64,000 nucleotides of DNA from Callorhinchus milii. Lineage: Eukaryota. The DNA lies in assembly GCF_018977255.1 (NCBI RefSeq), contig NW_024704757.1, positions 16,058,001 through 16,122,000 on the forward strand, given 5' to 3'. Shown here piece by piece: positions 39,001 to 51,600 of the stretch. Numbering within the stretch: position 1 is the stretch's first letter; the number at the start of each line of letters is the position of its first letter. The notes beneath the pieces are model-generated. The model did no database searches and was not told where the DNA came from. It saw only the letters and a list, made by a program, of their open reading frames with translations. The position numbers and the translations under genes were made by a program.

Positions 39001-39270
39001 CCCCAAATATTGGCCCCAAAGTCACCCCAAATATTGGCCCCAAAGTCACCCCCAAATATTGGCCCCAAAGTTACCCCAAATATTGGCCCCAAAGTCACCC
39101 CCAAATATTGGCCCCAAAGTCGCCCCCAAATATTGGCCCCAAAGTCACCCCAAATATTGGCCCCAAAGTCACCCCCAAATATTGGCCCCAAAGTTACCCC
39201 AAATATTGGCCCCAAAGTCACCCCCAAATATTGGCCCCAAAGTCGCCCTCAAATATTGGCCCCAAAGTCG
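39001..39270. repeat. 24-25-bp minisatellite, 11 units (CCCCAAATATTGGCCCCAAAGTCA)
   Basis: Read directly; unit ends run gtca,gtca,gtta,gtca,gtcg twice, then gtcg. Confidence 0.95.
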
Positions 39271-40261
39271 CCCCAAACATGGCGCCCCTCACGTGGGGTG
39301 GTGTCCGCGGCACTTACAACAAATGTCGAGACTTCATTGACTCGAGTGACTGATCCTTTATTGGGAACCGCTGGTGAGAGATGAGCACGAAGATCCCACA
39401 CGAGTGCACAGGTTTCCATGGGGTTCAGGTGGACCTCAGGGTTTTTTTCTCACAAGTCGAGTTTTTAAACTGTTCTCTCTTTCGAGTCAACGTGAACACA
39501 CGGAACGTTTCCGATTGCCTCGAGATATTACGTACAGATGAGGTCAGAGCGGCAAAGCTGGGAAATGGTACTGAACGGGTGAAAGACGGCAATGAGTCCA
39601 CATTAGTTCATCAGCTAATATGGTGCGGACCAGGAAAACACTCCCCTGGCTTCCCCCTCCCCATGTCAGGGAGGTAATGATGTCACCTCTAAGGCTTCGC
39701 CCTGTATGACATGGTTCGAAGGAGCTGCTAATTTGTCCCAGTCTTATTCTGCGGCGCTGTTTCTCTCTCGCGCGCCTCTTTACTAGCCCGCGGGGATGAT
39801 GTACAAGCTGAGACGCACCCTGTTTGTACGAGCGCAACTCCCACCACTCTCCACGCAAAGGAAGATAAGAGATTGAAATCAGAAAGTGGCAAAATATGCT
39901 TTTTTTTGAAAAAAGAAATGGTTGTGGATCTTGCTGGATTTTAGCTTCAAATCCTGAAGTTAGGAAAATTAGGAAAACCACTAAATAGGAAAAACAACGT
40001 TTCTCTCAGTGGGTTATTAATATTAATGTTCTGGTGTTTGGCACCTGAGCCACTTGAATCTGATCCCACTTTCCCGCTCAGCTCCCTACCTCCATTATTC
40101 TTTCCTCATTTGTCCTTCGGGTTGGACTGGCTGATGTATGACTTTACAGATGCGGGAGCCTGGATAGCGAATGGAGCCGAGCAGTGGAGGGAGAGGTTAA
40201 GGGGTGAAATCCATTCTAGGTTACGAAGGGTTATTAACGCCTCCCATCTATGGAAACTGCT

Positions 40262-43200
40262 TTACGCCATCACGTTTATTAACGTATGCGAAAGAATGAA
40301 GTGAATGTTTCGCAGGCCGGGGTTCACCCTGTTCCCGCTGCCGGGCAGCATCTCCACGTTACACTCAGAGCCCCGGCAGCACTTGGTGCAGGACTTTTGG
40401 CCTGTCGCCTCTTGGCAGGCCTCCTCCATGTTGGAATCCGTGCAGGTTTCCCCACAGCCACGGGTCATGCTGGTTTCATTGCCCGTGACTTGACACCCAG
40501 ATCTGGAACACAGCATCGGACGTCAATGGCGAGTGAAGCTGTACATACAATCATCCATCCTTAATGAGATAGCTCTAGCCGTCATTCAAATGAGATATTA
40601 AACCTGAGGTTCTGTCTGCCTGTTCAGGTGGGCATTCAAAATCTTTAGGCGCTATTCGAAAAGAGAAGGGAGATTCTCTCTCCCGGTGTCTTGGCCAACA
40701 ACCCCCTCCCCCCCACTCCCCCAAATAAAATTGGTCACTCGTTTCATGGCTGCTTGTGAGATCCTGCTGTGTGCAATTGTGCTGCCACATGCATTCATCT
40801 ACACCTACATATAATAATCCTTGCATTTGATACAGTGCCTTATCACGTGTTCAAGAATATACTGTAAAGTGAATTGACTGTATATTTTGGGGGCGAAACA
40901 CACAGTCACTCACTCCTCTACGAAGCTCCAAAGGTTAAAAGGCATTATGTCAAGCAGAAGGATTATTATTATAATCCCCATTTCCTTTCCTTTCCCCTTG
41001 TGCCTTTAATACTTATCCAATTCCCTTTTAAGCATAGCTGCTGTCTTAGCTTCCTTTGTCTTCAAATCACAGCTCAAATAATGTTCCACCAACAACCCCT
41101 GAGATGACATCATGTGGCGGTAACAAGCAGAGACAGAAAGGCTGTGTACTGCAAGTCCCAGAAGAGCCGGGGTGGGGAGGAAGTGTTCTACTGTAATGCA
41201 CGCAATGCAAAAGTGGAAGAAGCCAAAAATTGAGCTGCTTGTATAATTAACGTGGCGCCAGCCGCGATTGATGCGACGTGTCTTGTGGGAACTCTAGAAA
41301 GAGCGTCACGTCGCAGGACAGGGCTCATTGATCCGTGTGGATGAAATGTGTCTGCTCTCACTCTGTCTCCAGAGCTCATCCCCAAAGGAGAAAATTAAAA
41401 TGAGTGACGCTGGGATTACATGGGGACTAATGCCCTGTTTCTAATGGCAAATGGAAGCTGGACTCAACCCAAAAAACCTGGCACTTTGTGAATTGTCCAG
41501 ATTCACGCTGCTCAGTGTCCTCACTCAATCAACCACTGAGTGGCCGAGGTATTGTAATTTACAGGAGTGACACCAGAGAACAAAGGCAGCGCCGGCCACT
41601 GTGTCACAGCGAGAGAACGGAAGAGCTGCTCTAATCTGTTTCCCAAACTCGGATTATAGAATCAGACAAGAAAAGAGAAATTAAGTTTACAACAACAATC
41701 AACAAATGACATTTACACAGAGCCTTTCTCGTCGGGAGGACCTCCCAAGGCGCTGGAGAGTCAGGGATTTGGACCCAAATTGGAGGTTGGGTGACACAGG
41801 TATTAGAATTAGGACCAGATCACTATGACTTCAGCCTTACCCAGCAGCTAGCAGTGGAGTCAGTGCATCTCTCTGTTGTGTAGTTCACCAGCTGGTGCTG
41901 AGCACAGGCCTCCGTGCCGCTGCAGGAGAAGCAGGAAGGTGTATTCCTCAGGGCAGAGCCTGTGGACATCTGCAAGAAGGGAAGAGAAGTCAGAGGTTTT
42001 CAGTTGTTATAATAGTAATAATCATCCTTGTATTTGATACAGCGCCTTGTCTCGTCGTTGAGACGTCTCAAAGCGCTTCACAGAATATACTGTAAAGTGT
42101 AGTGACTTGTTTATTTTGTGGGGGGAAACGCAGCAGCCAACTTGCGCACCGCAGCGTCCCACAAACAGTCGCAGAATTTGAGTGACCAAACCAAACATCG
42201 CTCATACTGATTGAGCGGTCACATCCCAGCAGGTAGACCGTCACTGGGGTGGGGTGGGCGCCGTGATTCTTCATACTCAGCAGCTCCCTGTTGTTTCCTT
42301 TCAAACACTTATCCACACAATGGGCAAAGCATTCCCTAAAGTCACGTCAAGGTATATAATCTTGAAGCAATATCTAGGAGCTTTAGTGTGTTTAATTGCC
42401 AGCACGGTTTGCATGTCTGCAGCAGGAGAGGTGAACGTAATCTGCTGTCACTGGCTTTTGCTGATCATGCACTGAAACAGCCACCTGCTGGATCAGGACT
42501 GTATCAGGTTTTCCCTTTCACCAAACTGCAAATAATACAATCTGATGGAACAGAAGCATCACCCAGTGGCCTGGCCGAAAACTGATAAACTCACTGAAAT
42601 TGGGCCAAAGGATTCGAATTCAAAAGATAACAATAATCCTTGTATTTTTATAGCAAGTAATAAGATCAATGCAAATATCTGGATTCATAAGAGATTACAA
42701 AATAGTAATAATAATAATCCTTGAATTTTTATAGCAAGCAAAACTAGGACATGTCTCAAAATACTTCGCACATTAATTAGTGTCAAGGGTAGTGACTGTA
42801 TTTTTGGAAACAAATGCAGCAGCTATTTTGCTCACCGCAATGTCCCACAAGCACAATGTGTAAAAGACGTTGAATAAAAGTGTAATTGGAAGGGTGAAAA
42901 CGCAATTGTGTCTATCTAAGGTGAATGAGTGCCTGATCCTCACTGAAATGAGCACAGATGCATTGGGAGACTTACTGCTGATCTGTAGTCTGCGGTCGAC
43001 AATACAATCTCTGTGACCAGTTCAGCTGGGAAGAAGAAAAAAGGGCACCAAACATTTTAGTTTAAAGATCAACGCGAAGTCACAATAAAAACACACTTCA
43101 ACAAGGTCATTCCAACTCAGTACATTGGAACAATAAAGTAGCTTCCTCCAAAGCTCAGTACAGTTACTGCTCGACTGCTTGAGCCACATGGACCAAGAAA

Positions 43201-43961
43201 GTCCGATATTTAATGGTTCTGCACTGAGTCAGACCATCCCAGCTGGGAACAAGAGTTGAGATGCTAGAATTGGCCTCAGCGTCTCTGGCCTTGGGAATGG
43301 AAACGATCAGTCGGGTTCACGTTTCTGGCCGGTGACCAGTGACCCTCTCGCTCCACTGGAAAGCAAGTATGTTGGAGATATCAGAGTAGGAACCACAGCA
43401 AAAACATGTCACAGCAAGAACAGCTTCTGCGCTGTGCTGGGAGTGTGAGGGAAATAGCAGGTAACTAACAGACATAGAAATCTCTGTACTTTAGGAGGTG
43501 ATTCAGCCCACTGTGTCTTGTGCCATTCTAGGACATCAACAGGACTCTCTCCTTCCCATTCCTCTGTTCTTTCCACAATCCTCCAAATTAGCTAACGATC
43601 CTCCAGATAAAATCGGACATTCACTTCATGGCTGTTTGTGGGCTATTTGCTGTGTGCAAACTGGCTGCCGCGTTTGCCTACACAATACAGACACTTTACA
43701 TATGTCCTGTATAGCACTTTGAGATCCGTTTCCAAACGGAAAGGTCGCCATATCAAATGCAGATTATTATTTTATCAACGGAATAAATTCACCTTCAAAT
43801 TGTGTGTATTGTTCCTGACCAAAGGCACACACTACACTGTATGTGCAGCCCAAAACACAGCGCAACTCAGCGCCGTAAGCTGTTTTTTCTAGAAACTTAC
43901 CAAAAAACATAGCAGTTAATGCAGTAGTGAGGAGTAAAACAGCAAGAGTCTGCTTCAACAT
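40262..43961 (-). CDS. Ly6/uPAR three-finger protein, LYPD6-like 12-Cys pattern, with signal peptide; frame broken at the start of the last exon (possible pseudogene or assembly error)
   Basis: Exons 43961-43901 (MLKQTLAVLLLTTALTAMFF), 43025-42976, 41969-41841 (CFSCSGTEAC..RCTDSTASCW) and 40502-40262 (QVTGNETSMTRGCGETC..EEAC..KSCTKCCRGSECN). The CCxxxxCN terminus is the LU-domain hallmark. Confidence 0.75.
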
Positions 43962-44802
43962 CTTCAGTAATCTGAGGATAAAAAAGTCTGTAATATTTCA
44001 AATACGATTCAAACTCTTTCCCCCCTCCACCCTCCCAAACACAGACACAAACTCCTACTTACCGTTAAAAGCCAGCCGCCCCCTTCACTGTGCTCCCCAT
44101 TCCTCTTCTAATCAGATTTGGGGAGAGGGAAAGGTTCTTCTCTTCAATCAGTACAGCAACATATCGGTTTTTATGGCAACTGTCGCTGTCGGTGAAGCGA
44201 GCTTAAGTGGAGTTTGAATTGTTCTGCGGCCACATTTTTGTGCCAAAAGATTTTGTTGCACTTATTGCTGGGAAATAAGGCACCTAATGCTAGGAATTAC
44301 AACACTTTGCACACAGCAATGTCCCGCAAACAAGCATGAAGTGGGTGACAAAGTTTATCTGGTGGATTGTTGGTCGGGAAATTGAGCGAAAAGTTTCCCT
44401 TCTCTTTTCGCACAGTACCGTGGGATCTTTAATGATAAACTGAGACAGATGGGATGTTATTTCCGTGAGAAATGATTTCATCCCATGCCTTGGAGGAGAA
44501 CTTTGTTAAATCGCTGGCTCGAGTTAATCAAATACCATCTCCAGGCAGATAGTTGGTTTACCACAGTAACCAGGGACATTCACTTCAGAGCTACCTATAA
44601 AATCTTTGTATTTCAGCTGAAAAGAAAGCAGCTCCTTTTGTGAACCGAGACTCTCTGTCGGTGTCAGTGTTTGTAAAGATGAAAGATGGCATTACTCCAG
44701 TGTCTGCACCATCTGTTCGCAGCTTTCCCACAGCCCAACATTTGTAAATGATCCGATGCTCTGTGGAGAACAATGGAATTTCAGTTATTTTCTGATGTTT
44801 GA

Positions 44803-45031
44803 GCACATACACTCGCACACACACACACGGACACACACACTCGCACTCACACACTCGCACTCACACACACACACACCCTCACACACGGACACACACTCGC
44901 ACTCACACACACCCTCACACACGGACACACACTCGCACTCACACACACCCTCACACACGGACACACACTCGCACTCACACACTCGCACTCACACACATAC
45001 ACACCCTCACACACGGACACACACTCACACT

Positions 45032-45063
<32 letters not shown>
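44803..45063. repeat. CA-rich compound repeat with a ~34-bp periodic unit (CACACACCCTCACACACGGACACACACTCGCACT)
   Basis: Read directly. Confidence 0.85.
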
Positions 45064-45329
45064 GCAAAATTGCAGTTTATAAGTAATGGACCTGAAGGTC
45101 TGCGACAAACTACGAAGCAGAAAACTGTGGCTACACATGACTCGGTCCCGGTCTGAAGCAATTGGGCATTTATAGTAATAATAATCCCTGCATTTGACAC
45201 AGCGCCTCATCATGTCTTCGAGGCGCCTCAAAGCGCTTCACATGAGACACTGTAGAGTGTAGTGACTGTGTGTTCAGTGAACAATCCTGAGGGGGACAAT
45301 CCAGCCCGCCCAACAGCTGCCTGTCACAA

Positions 45330-45760
45330 ACGGAGCAGAATTAGAGAGAACCATCGGCGGAGTTTACTTGATCTCCCGTTTACTCGGCGGTTGCACTGAT
45401 TGCACCACATTGCAAACCACCGGTCGTCGAATATCGCGTCACTGATCCGACTCCGCGTCGCCTTCGTTGCCCGGCGTCAAATCGGGCGCGATCCGGGCAA
45501 CTAAAGCCTCGGTCGGCATTTTAACAGCTTTGAGCGGCGAGAAGACAATCTACAGAGAGACTCACCGCCGCCGAGTCTTTACAATAGCGGCGGCTATACA
45601 CAAACATGTCCCTGAGTGGGCTCAGCGAGCCGGGAGGGTGGGGGGAAGGTATTATTTGCAAGAGCGACGCCGAAGTGAGGAAGGACCCACTGCGGTGACG
45701 CGGACAGTGTGCGCGGCGGCCCAGGAGGACCCGGGGCTGCTGTCGGCGGTTGGGGAGAAG
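45330..45760. promoter_or_regulatory. CpG-island promoter of BUD31, possibly bidirectional
   Basis: High CpG density upstream of the BUD31 ATG; minus-strand GTGAGT donor at 45565. Confidence 0.6.
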
Positions 45761-47812
45761 ATGCCCAAAGTGAAGAGGAGCCGAAAGCCGCCGCCTGACG
45801 GCTGGGAACTGATCGAACCCACTCTGGATGAGCTGGACCAGAAGATGAGGGAAGGTGAGTGCGAGAGAGAGAGAGAGAGAGAGAACTCCATTCCTTCCTC
45901 TCTCTCTCTCTCTCTCCTCATAGTCGTTCCTTCCCTCCCATTGTCTCCCCTCTTCCTCCTCCTTTCATTCCTTCTCTTCCTCCCTCTTCCCCCTCATTCC
46001 TTCTTTCTTGCCCCCGCGCTCTCCCCATTCCTTCCCTCTCTCCTTATTCCCTCCATTCCTCCCCCCCTCCTCCCCCTCCCCCCCCTCCCCCCCCCCCCCC
46101 TCCCTCCCTCCCCCTCTCCCCCTCCCTCCCCCCCCCTCTCCCCCCCCCCCCCCTCCCCCCCCCTCCCCCCCCCCCTCCCCCCTCTCCCCCCTCCTCCCCC
46201 CCCTCCCCCTCCCCCTCCCCCCCCTCCTCCCCCCTCTCCCCCTCCCCCCCCCTCCTCCCCCCTCTCCCCCTCCCCCCCCCCCTCCCCCCCCCTCCCCCCC
46301 CCCCCCCCCTCCTCTCCCCTCTCCCCCCTCTCTTTTTTTCTCTATCCCCTAATTCTTTCCTTCTCTGTTGAAACTAAACGATAAAATGTTGGACCCCCGA
46401 TCCTTGGCCACCGGAGTTTCGGTAAAGATTTCCCATTCGCTCCTAATCTTTTCTGCGGGTGAGGTTCGCGGTGTGTTTTGGGGACTCTGCCCCGAGGGAT
46501 GGATATGGTGGAAGATGGAACATAAAACTCCTGGATGTCGGGGCTCAATGGCATCTTGTGAACGGAGAGAAAAATGGGAACTTGTAAACCGCACCAAAGA
46601 GAAGCCTCTGTGCCGGCAAAGGACAGAGGGTTGTGATTGAGGGAGTGAAGTGATTCCTTTAATTAGATACCGTACTAAAAGTTGGCTTTGTATTGTGTAT
46701 TTGGGATCAGCAGTATTGTATTTCACTGGTGGAGGCTGGACTGCTATATTACTTTCTTGTGCGACGTGCTGACTAATAATCTTTTGCCTTTTTTTTTTGC
46801 AGCTGAGACCGAACCTCACGAAGGGAAAAGAAAGGTAGAATCATTGTGGCCCATCTTCAGACTCCACCACCAGCGAACACGGTACATCTTCGACCTGTTC
46901 TACAAGAGGAAGGCCATCAGCAGAGGTAGCGGCTTTAAGCATCTTGCAGCTCTGTTGTTTTTGAGTTCTCCCGTTTCGCCAAATCTTTGCTCGCTGGCGT
47001 CAGAATGTTTGGTTCGGTAAACTTTGTGACGAGGCCCGGCTGTTTTAGTTGTGCGTTTAACCCTAGCGCATCGCAGGCGATTCCTTGTTTCAGTAGCTTC
47101 ACGTTAATAAAGTGTATGGTTGCATAAATGCTGCACTCTTGTTTTTTTTAGAGCTATATGATTATTGCATCAGAGAAGGTTACGCTGACAAGAACCTCAT
47201 TGCTAAGTGGAAGAAGCAGGGCTATGAGAATCTGTGCTGCCTGCGTTGCATCCAGACCCGAGACACCAACTTCGGAACAAACTGTATCTGCAGAGTCCCC
47301 AAGAGCAAACTGGAAGTGGTGAGTGAGTCCCTGCACAGTCCGTTCTCTGCCCAACACTCGATTCAAAACTAATTGACAAATTATTTTTCAGTGCCTATAA
47401 ATGCACTCTGCTGGTCTCCCTCCGTAATCAGTCTCCCTCTCAGTCTCTAGACTCCGTCTCGCCCTCTCTTTCAGTCTTTAAGTAGGAACCCGGTTGTTAA
47501 GTCGATTGGCAGATTGGTTTCCAGTAGTAATATCCCTCCAAAAACTAATAATAATTTGGTCACTCAATCCACGATTTTTTATGGGACATTGCTGTGTGCA
47601 ATTGGCTGTCGCGTTTTGCCCATAAAATGTAGTTGATTCGCTTTCAGTGTACTCTGTGAAGCACTTTGAGACATCTCAATGACGTGATAAGGCTCTATAT
47701 CAAAATACAAGCATTATTATTACTTTATATCATTTTTTCACGTTTATTTTTCACTCCCCAGGGAAGGATTATCGAATGTACGCACTGTGGATGCAGAGGC
47801 TGCTCTGGCTAA
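45761..47812 (+). CDS. BUD31: BUD31 (G10) spliceosome-associated protein, 144 aa
   Basis: Exons 45761-45854, 46803-46925, 47152-47318, 47762-47812 (435 nt): [69 protein letters not shown]. Confidence 0.98.
45862..46365. repeat. Polypyrimidine / poly-C low-complexity tract in BUD31 intron 1
   Basis: (GA)n followed by about 450 nt almost entirely C/T. Confidence 0.9.
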
Positions 47813-48628
47813 ATTCAGGGTCTTCCTCAGTGAGTTGTGAGGAAGCAATGACATTTTCTGCTGGGGTGTATTGTGCATAGTTTGCTGTATTCTTAACTAG
47901 AAACTATGGACCATAATTAAGGCAAGATTTATTTCATTTTTCTGCATGTACTAAAACACTGTTTCTTAATGGAGTTCAGTAAGTTTTTAAAGTACGAATG
48001 TCATTCTTTTTAGACTAAAGCTTGAGATCACTCACCTTTTTATAAAATAACAAGCAGCATTGCAGCTAATGGTTCAGTTTAGATGCTGGTAACTATACAA
48101 TTTGCAGCATCCCTTGAGATTGTCTTGTTTGTCAAATGTGCTTAAACTATTAAATCTGTACCGCAGTTTAAATCTTGGAAATATTAAAGGTCCCTCAACT
48201 TTATACTGCTTCATCTCAACAGTCCTCTCAAGGCCTATCATTCATCTAGCCCCACACTGCCAAACAAAACTCTTTTGAAAAAGCAGTCACTAAAAACAGG
48301 TGCAAATGTGACTGACTCTCACAAAGTCCAACTCCACACTGGCTTTTTTTTGTACAAAATGTTTAATTTGTGATTAAGCCCAAATACAAAATGTAGTCAT
48401 TCCCCCATCACTTGCTGTTTGTGTAGCTGACAGATCGAAGGAATGTTTGAAACCAATAAATGAAAATAAACCACGATTAATCTTTTGAGTCCTGTGCACG
48501 GAGAGGCCAGCTTTCCAATCAGGTTTTGCTCAAACTCCCCGCCCGGCACGTTCCCTGCCCGCCATCCTCCCGGCTGTGGCCCTGTCCTGGCCTGTCCCCG
48601 GAGCCTGGTCACATCGCCTGCCCGCGGG

Positions 48629-51600
48629 TCACCGTCCGCCCATCACAAAGCTGGACGCTTCACACTCATCCGCCTCATCACTCGAATTCTTTGTCTTCTC
48701 TTCCTCCTCACTGCTGGAAGCTTTGTCACAGCCTGAAGCACGGAGCAAACACAAGGAAAACGCACAGTTATACGTTTGTGACGAGAGTTTCATCCCCGGT
48801 CCTACTGAGCAAGCTACAGGTCCTACAGAATCCCAAGTGGAGACCGCTCAGTGCTGCAACATATTGGGTATATTAGATATATTATATCCAAAGACCTAGA
48901 TGAGGGTTTTGAAGATGATGAAGATTAACACACTGTGTCAGTGCTTACCCTCCTCCACTGGTTTATTCGGCTCTGGTTTACGTTTCTTTGCCAACATTTT
49001 CTTCTCCTTTAACTTCTGTCTGTAACAAAAAATAGATTTTGGTTTGAACGCAGCCAGTTAAAGTCGCCGTTTTCAGCTGGTTCAACAACCACCCCCCACC
49101 CACCACCACCCCCGGTGCACATCACATTAAGGTCCCTAATGCCTCTGCCAACCCGCTGCCCATTAGCAAGCAGCATGCGCCCTCCGTGGCCTGCAAGATC
49201 TCTGCCCACTGAGAAGGGTGTTCCGTGCCAGTCAAACTTTCACCGCCAGGAAAATAAAAGGTTTTTGCCTTTACCGTTTATTTCGGCGTTTGGCGGTCCT
49301 CTCCTCGGCAGCTTGCTTGTTCTGGCCCAGTTTAGTTTGGAATTCCTCCTCAAGACGTTGCTGCGGCACGAAACAAGTCACAAAGTGAACCGGAGCCACG
49401 TGAGGACAGAGCCAAGACCCAGCCATCCATCAACTGGCAAGTTACACTATCAGGGCATCACTGCCAACACTTCCCACCCCTGTTTACTGCAAGGATATGA
49501 GGATAGAGCGGGGGAGTGGGACTGACTGGATAGTTCTTCCAAAGAACAGGCTCAATGGGCTGAACAGCCTCCTGTGCTGCAATATTCTATGATTCCCTAT
49601 AATAGTAAAGCTCAAGCTACAGTGTGGGACGAGCAACATTCCTGGGCTTATTACTTGTCGAGTGGCCGGATACATTGATCGTTCAACCCAGAGCCCGGCA
49701 AGGGACCTTGCTGTGTACAAACCCAACTGCTGCATTTGTTAAAAGAACAGTCCTGACAATTGAGCTTCTGTGTGAAGTGCTCCGCGGTGTGAAGTATCAC
49801 ACGCTCACCTTGACCGCCTGTTTTTCCATGAACTCCTCCCTCATGTACTCCCGTCGTCGCAGGTGTCGGTAAACGTGGAACTCCCCGCTCCCAGCCCCAG
49901 CGCTCGAGCCTGTCACCGGAGCAGAGTTCCTGCAGTCAGTCAATACCGGCCACCAAACCTCACAGCAATCCAACTCCAAACACTTCTGAACTCTTAAAGG
50001 TTCCGTTATAATAACAGCACCAGTTTCAGACCCTTAACTTGCTACAAGAGCTACTCCATATATCTCAAACTTTATTGTTAACAAGAATCTGCAATTCCTT
50101 TCTGAAACCCTGTGTCGTTCCCTGTTCTGTTGCCTGTGCTGACAGCCAGTCCCACCACCTGCCAGGCAGCCTTCTTACTCCCTCATTCATTTGTGTGTTA
50201 TTTTGTTTTGACGAATTTGACCTGTCCGTTCTGGAACACTCTGAGAACGCACATTGTTTTGTACACTACAGCGTTCGTCCCCCACATACCCCCTCTCCTC
50301 AGTGCCCCCACCCGCCCCCCCAGCCCGCACTCACCCATCACATCGCGGACAAATTCAGGCGGAGGTCGGGGAGCCCACTCCTTGGGTTTCTCGGGAATTG
50401 GAACCTGTTTGTCCTTCAATGAGAAATTGAGTCGTTCTTAGTCAGTAAAGATTTGAGGAGATAATAATAATAATCCTTGCATTTGATATAGCGCTTTTCA
50501 CGTCGGGAGGACGTCCCAAAGCGCTTCACAGAACACACTGTAAAGTGAATTGACTGTATATTTGTGGGCGAAACGCGGCAGCCAATTGCGCACAGCAATG
50601 TCCCACAAACAGTCGTGGATTGAAAATGACCAATTTATTATTGCTTTTGGTTTTGGAGGGATTATTATTAGGCTCTGTGTGGAGTAAGGAAACTAGCCCA
50701 AGGTTTCGCCCTCTGCCTGGAATTGAACTCAGGTCTCTCACTTGCAAAGTGAGTGCTCTAACCACTGAGCTACAGGACTCCATATTGTAGAGAGCCCAGT
50801 CTGCTCCCAGAGACAGTTACACAGGACGCTGGTTTGGCCTCAGTTTGTGGCTGTGATCTCTCATATTAATATTCAGTATAGAACAAGGTTCTTTGTATGT
50901 TGGATTCAGGAACATTGAGCAGCCCTTTCCCGGTCTGCACTGAGTTATTGATCTCAGCCTGGAGCAGCAGTCAGGGCTGTGACTGGTCTCAGTTCCCAGG
51001 GTTAGGGAGGAGGGAACTTCAACCAGTATTCCCTCCCTCCTGATTGCAATGGAACAGTGGAGGGCTGGAGGATGAAAGTGAGAGCAGATTGGAGGATAAG
51101 CTTTGATACCCTCCTGCCAGTCAACTCACTGTATGGCCTCAGACACGAGAGGGGATAGAGAGCAACTGGCACCCATATAATACGATACGATTGACATTTT
51201 GACAGTGTCTTTCACGTTGGGAGATGTCGCAAATTGACAACCAAAACTTGGTGATGGGCAGAAGAAAACAAATGAGGCCAAACGGGATAAAGATTATCGA
51301 GAGATGAAGAAACAGGAGCAAATGACCGAGCCACACGGCTCAATGTTACCGCACACAATCACACGGTCCCGGGAAAGTCATCGGTTTCTCAAACCTTGTC
51401 GGCATCTTCGGAGATTCGCAGCGTCTGAAATAAACAAAAAAAAAGGAATCATTCAAGCCATCACCCGGCCGCACAGGGCAGCGCTGAGGAGGACACGGAG
51501 TCAGGAGCGTCGACTGCCAGGTGGAATTAGGAAAACATTCCAGAACGAGGAATTCCCTGCTGCAAACTCTGGGACACACACGCACGCTCACACACCCTCA

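Noticed and set aside
39001-39270. CRISPR-like regular repeats (also 52515-53065)
   Set aside because: Units are contiguous with no unique spacers, there are no cas genes, and the context is vertebrate.
39279-39353. ATGGCG-initiated short ORF on + after the minisatellite
   Set aside because: Only 24 codons; better explained as a YY1-like motif.
37267-39384. Long ORFs through N runs (also 9861-10790, 58585-59505)
   Set aside because: Artefacts of assembly gaps.
45855-46384. Poly-proline extension of the 45467-46384 ORF (formin or extensin-like)
   Set aside because: Read-through of the BUD31 exon 1 donor into a poly-C intron tract.
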